Source: an uncultured Candidatus Binatia bacterium
GTDB lineage: Bacteria; Desulfobacterota; Binatia; Bin18
Assembly (NCBI GenBank): GCA_965200965.1
Contig: OZ241744.1
Location: 1,536,001-1,600,000, forward strand
Direction: 5' to 3'
Length of the DNA: 64,000 nt
The position numbers were made by a program, and so were the translations under genes. The notes under the pieces are model-generated. The model saw only the letters and a program-made list of their open reading frames with translations. It did no database searches and was not told the DNA's origin. Below, in pieces: positions 61,384 through 64,000 of the stretch (its first letter is position 1; each line of letters begins with the position of its first letter).

Positions 61384-62375
61384 ACCGCCCGCCCCTCGTT
61401 AGACGCGTGAACGGCGAGAGGCGGGCTCCCCTGGTCTCGCTCCCAGTCTCCGACCAGACGGATCTCCGGCTCAAGCCACACCCGCCGCGCGTCCCACACC
61501 GCGCGCTGCACATGTTCCATCAACCGCTTCACCTCAGCCGCCCGTGCACCACCGGCATTCAGAATGAAATTGGCATGCCGCTCAGAGACCCGAGCCTGCC
61601 CACAGCGGGCACCTTTCAGCCCGGCCAGCTCGATCAGACGGCCGGCGTAACCGCCGAGCGGATTTTTGAAAATTGAGCCGGCGTTGGGAGAGCCGTGCGG
61701 TTGGCCGCTCTGACGTTTGGTCTGAGCCCGGTGCATCGCCACCCTGAGCCGCGCCGGCTCCTGACGCCGCAGGCAAAAACAGATTTCGGCCACAATAAAG
61801 CCGGCCGGCAACCGGCTGTGTCGATAGCTAAAGCCGAGATGCCCGGCGGCCAAACAGACCACCCGAGCGGCACGGTCAACGCCCTGGATCATTTCCACCG
61901 CCTGGCTCAACTCCCCGCCAAAAGCGCCCGCATTCATCAGCAGTCCTCCGCCCACGCTGCCGGGTATGCCCTCGGCAAACGCCACCCCGGCATAGCCCTT
62001 GTCCACAGTTTCGCGGACAAAACGGCCCAGCGAACGCCCTGCCCCAACCCGCACCCGCCGCGCGTCCTGCTCAGCTCCGGGCGCACTCCACACGCTATAA
62101 TTAAACCCCTTGCCGAGCTTCACCACAACGCCACGGATGCCCGCATCGCTGACCAGCAGGTTGCTCCCCCCACCCAGGAGAAAAAGCGGCAGCCGTTCAG
62201 CCCGGACAAGCCGCACCACGGCTTGGAGTTCGGCCAGACTGTGGGGCTCGACAAAGATGTCGGCCGGGCCGCCGATCCGAAAGGATGTATAGCGGGACAA
62301 CGCGACGTCACAGCGGACCTGAGACACTTGGCCGGTCAGCAGGGTCAGCAACCGTTTTTTCTGTTCAGCCCGCAC
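61380..62375 (-). CDS. murB: UDP-N-acetylenolpyruvoylglucosamine reductase
   Basis: FRIGGPA, GGGSNLL, GIPGSVGG..MNAGA, SYRHS, AGSIFKNP and HANF. Confidence 0.95.
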   Translation of the reverse strand: MRAEQKKRLLTLLTGQVSQVRCDVALSRYTSFRIGGPADIFVEPHSLAELQAVVRLVRAERLPLFLLGGGSNLLVSDAGIRGVVVKLGKGFNYSVWSAPGAEQDARRVRVGAGRSLGRFVRETVDKGYAGVAFAEGIPGSVGGGLLMNAGAFGGELSQAVEMIQGVDRAARVVCLAAGHLGFSYRHSRLPAGFIVAEICFCLRRQEPARLRVAMHRAQTKRQSGQPHGSPNAGSIFKNPLGGYAGRLIELAGLKGARCGQARVSERHANFILNAGGARAAEVKRLMEHVQRAVWDARRVWLEPEIRLVGDWERDQGSPPLAVHASNEGRAV

Positions 62376-63849
62376 CCCCACCTCTTTTCTGGAGCAGCGC
62401 AAGCAGTTCGCCCCCAGTCCGGTGGATATCCCCGGCCCCCAGGGTCATGACCATATCGCCCGGCCGTACATAGGCGAGGGCCGCCTGGGCCAGCCTCTCC
62501 CGGTCAGCAACAAAACGCACCTCGCTCTGACCGCGCTGGCGTAATGCCTGGTACAGCCGGTATCCAGAAACCCCGGCCCGCGGTTCCTCACCAGCGGGGT
62601 AGATCTCGGTCAGCACGACCACGTCCGCCTCATCAAAAGCGGACAGAAAATCGTCAAACAGGTCCTGGGTTCGTGAATACCGATGCGGCTGAAACACGGC
62701 CACTAAGCGACGCGCCGGGTCGGCTTGGCAGCTCCCTTCGCGGGCCGCTCGCAGGGTTACCCTGAGTTCCTCGGGGTGATGGGCATAGTCGTCAACTACC
62801 ACTACCCCGGCGGCTTCACCCTTGACCTCAAAACGGCGCTGAATGCCGTCAAAACCGGCCAGGGCGCGCTGCACGCAGGCAAACGGAATCCCTAGCTCTC
62901 GAGCCACCGCCACCACCGCCAGGGCGTTGAGCACATGGTGGCGACCCGGCAGCTTGAGCCGAAGCGGGCCCAACCGCTCGTCGCCGTACCAGACCTCACA
63001 GTGGGTAGTCATACCCGACACGCGTAAATCGTGTGCCGTCAGATCGGCTTCGGGACCTAGACCATAGGTGACAAAGCGTTTCTGGACATAGGGTAACAGG
63101 CCCTGGACATTGACACTATCCAGACACAGGACGGCCCGACCGTAAAACGGGATGCGGTTGATGAAGCGCAGATAGGCGTCTTTGACCCGGTCCATATCGC
63201 CGTAAAAATCGAGATGCTCGGGGTCAATGTTGGTGACCACAACAATCGTCGGACTCAGCAACAGAAACGTCCCATCGCTCTCGTCGGACTCAGCCACCAA
63301 AAAGCGACCCTGGCCCAGACGGGCGTTCGAGCCGACGACATTCAGCCGGCCGCCAATCACGCATGTCGGGTCTAGCTCGGCTTGGGCCAGAACGCTGGTA
63401 ATGAGCGACGCGGTGGTGGTTTTGCCATGCGTACCGGCAATCGCAATACCGTATTTGAGACGCATTAGTTCGGCCAGCATCTCGGCCCGCGGGATCACCG
63501 GAATGCGCAACTCACGCGCCCGGCCCACCTCTGGGTTGGCGTATTTCACCGCCGACGATATGACGACCACGTCGGTCTGGAGGTCGATATGCTCGGCCCG
63601 ATGGCCGTAGGCGATGCGCGCCCCGAGGCGTGTCAGGCGGCGGGTCGTGTCCGATTCGAGATGGTCCGAACCGCTGACCTGATAGCCCAGATTCAGCAGC
63701 AACTCGGCGATACCGCTCATGCCAACCCCCCCAATACCAACAAAATGAATATGGCGGTTGGCATCAAACAACACTTGCCCCTGGGAGTTGCGCGCCACTC
63801 GTCCGTTCCTGGACACCTGCGCTCTGCCATTTGTCCTATCGTCCATCAT
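62365..63849 (-). CDS. murC: UDP-N-acetylmuramate--L-alanine ligase
   Basis: HFVGIGGVGMSG, AGTHGKTTT, ESDESD, DDYAHHP, FQPHRYSRT and LGAGDI. Confidence 0.97.
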   Translation of the reverse strand: MMDDRTNGRAQVSRNGRVARNSQGQVLFDANRHIHFVGIGGVGMSGIAELLLNLGYQVSGSDHLESDTTRRLTRLGARIAYGHRAEHIDLQTDVVVISSAVKYANPEVGRARELRIPVIPRAEMLAELMRLKYGIAIAGTHGKTTTASLITSVLAQAELDPTCVIGGRLNVVGSNARLGQGRFLVAESDESDGTFLLLSPTIVVVTNIDPEHLDFYGDMDRVKDAYLRFINRIPFYGRAVLCLDSVNVQGLLPYVQKRFVTYGLGPEADLTAHDLRVSGMTTHCEVWYGDERLGPLRLKLPGRHHVLNALAVVAVARELGIPFACVQRALAGFDGIQRRFEVKGEAAGVVVVDDYAHHPEELRVTLRAAREGSCQADPARRLVAVFQPHRYSRTQDLFDDFLSAFDEADVVVLTEIYPAGEEPRAGVSGYRLYQALRQRGQSEVRFVADRERLAQAALAYVRPGDMVMTLGAGDIHRTGGELLALLQKRGGGAG

Positions 63850-64000
63850 CTGCCCGCCTTCCCGACCGAGAGCCGGGCTGCCGCCGGTAAACAGGCCAAA
63901 CACTCCCGCAACACACGCGCCGTCGCATCGGCTTGGCCGAAAGCCGCCGCGGTCCGGGCCATGGCCTGCAAGCGGGCAGGAACTTGCATCAGGCCGCGGA
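63846..64000 (-). CDS. murG: MurG C-terminal end (partial, runs off the window)
   Basis: Manual translation ...PARLQAMARTAAAFGQADATARVLRECL...GR*; the stop overlaps the murC ATG; dcw synteny. Confidence 0.7.
   Translation of the reverse strand, partial: RGLMQVPARLQAMARTAAAFGQADATARVLRECLACLPAAARLSVGKAGR

Overview
GC-rich chromosomal window from a Gram-negative bacterium. The gene order (kdsB-pyrG-kdsA-lptCAB-rpoN-ptsN-rapZ-HPr-metK-ahcY), together with glnS, an F420-type LLM enzyme and a double-length UvrA, suggests a Deltaproteobacteria-like lineage such as Binatia; this is inference only. Most of the window is housekeeping: lptD/folC/accD, glnS, xerD/glnD, the SAM cycle, LPS/Kdo genes, a 2-oxoacid/acetoin dehydrogenase cluster and the dcw cluster (murG'-murC-murB-ddl-ftsQ-ftsA-ftsZ). 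A cobalamin riboswitch precedes a BtuB-like receptor that converges on btuFCD-like genes. There are two small accessory islets. The first (~10-12.8 kb) holds a decayed dynamin-like GTPase and a REP-flanked AbrB/VapC module with a broken toxin. The second (~42.8-44.2 kb) holds an atypical PD-(D/E)XK-like protein and a lipoprotein. The most notable signals are a candidate Na+-sensing (DUF1646-type) riboswitch directly upstream of a membrane pyrophosphatase with Na+-pump signatures, an internally deleted half-size RapZ within an eroded PTS-Ntr operon, and heptameric DNA repeats forming the linker of the tandem UvrA. No rRNA, tRNA, CRISPR array or intact transposase was seen. All family assignments come from motif recognition by eye; no database searches were run.
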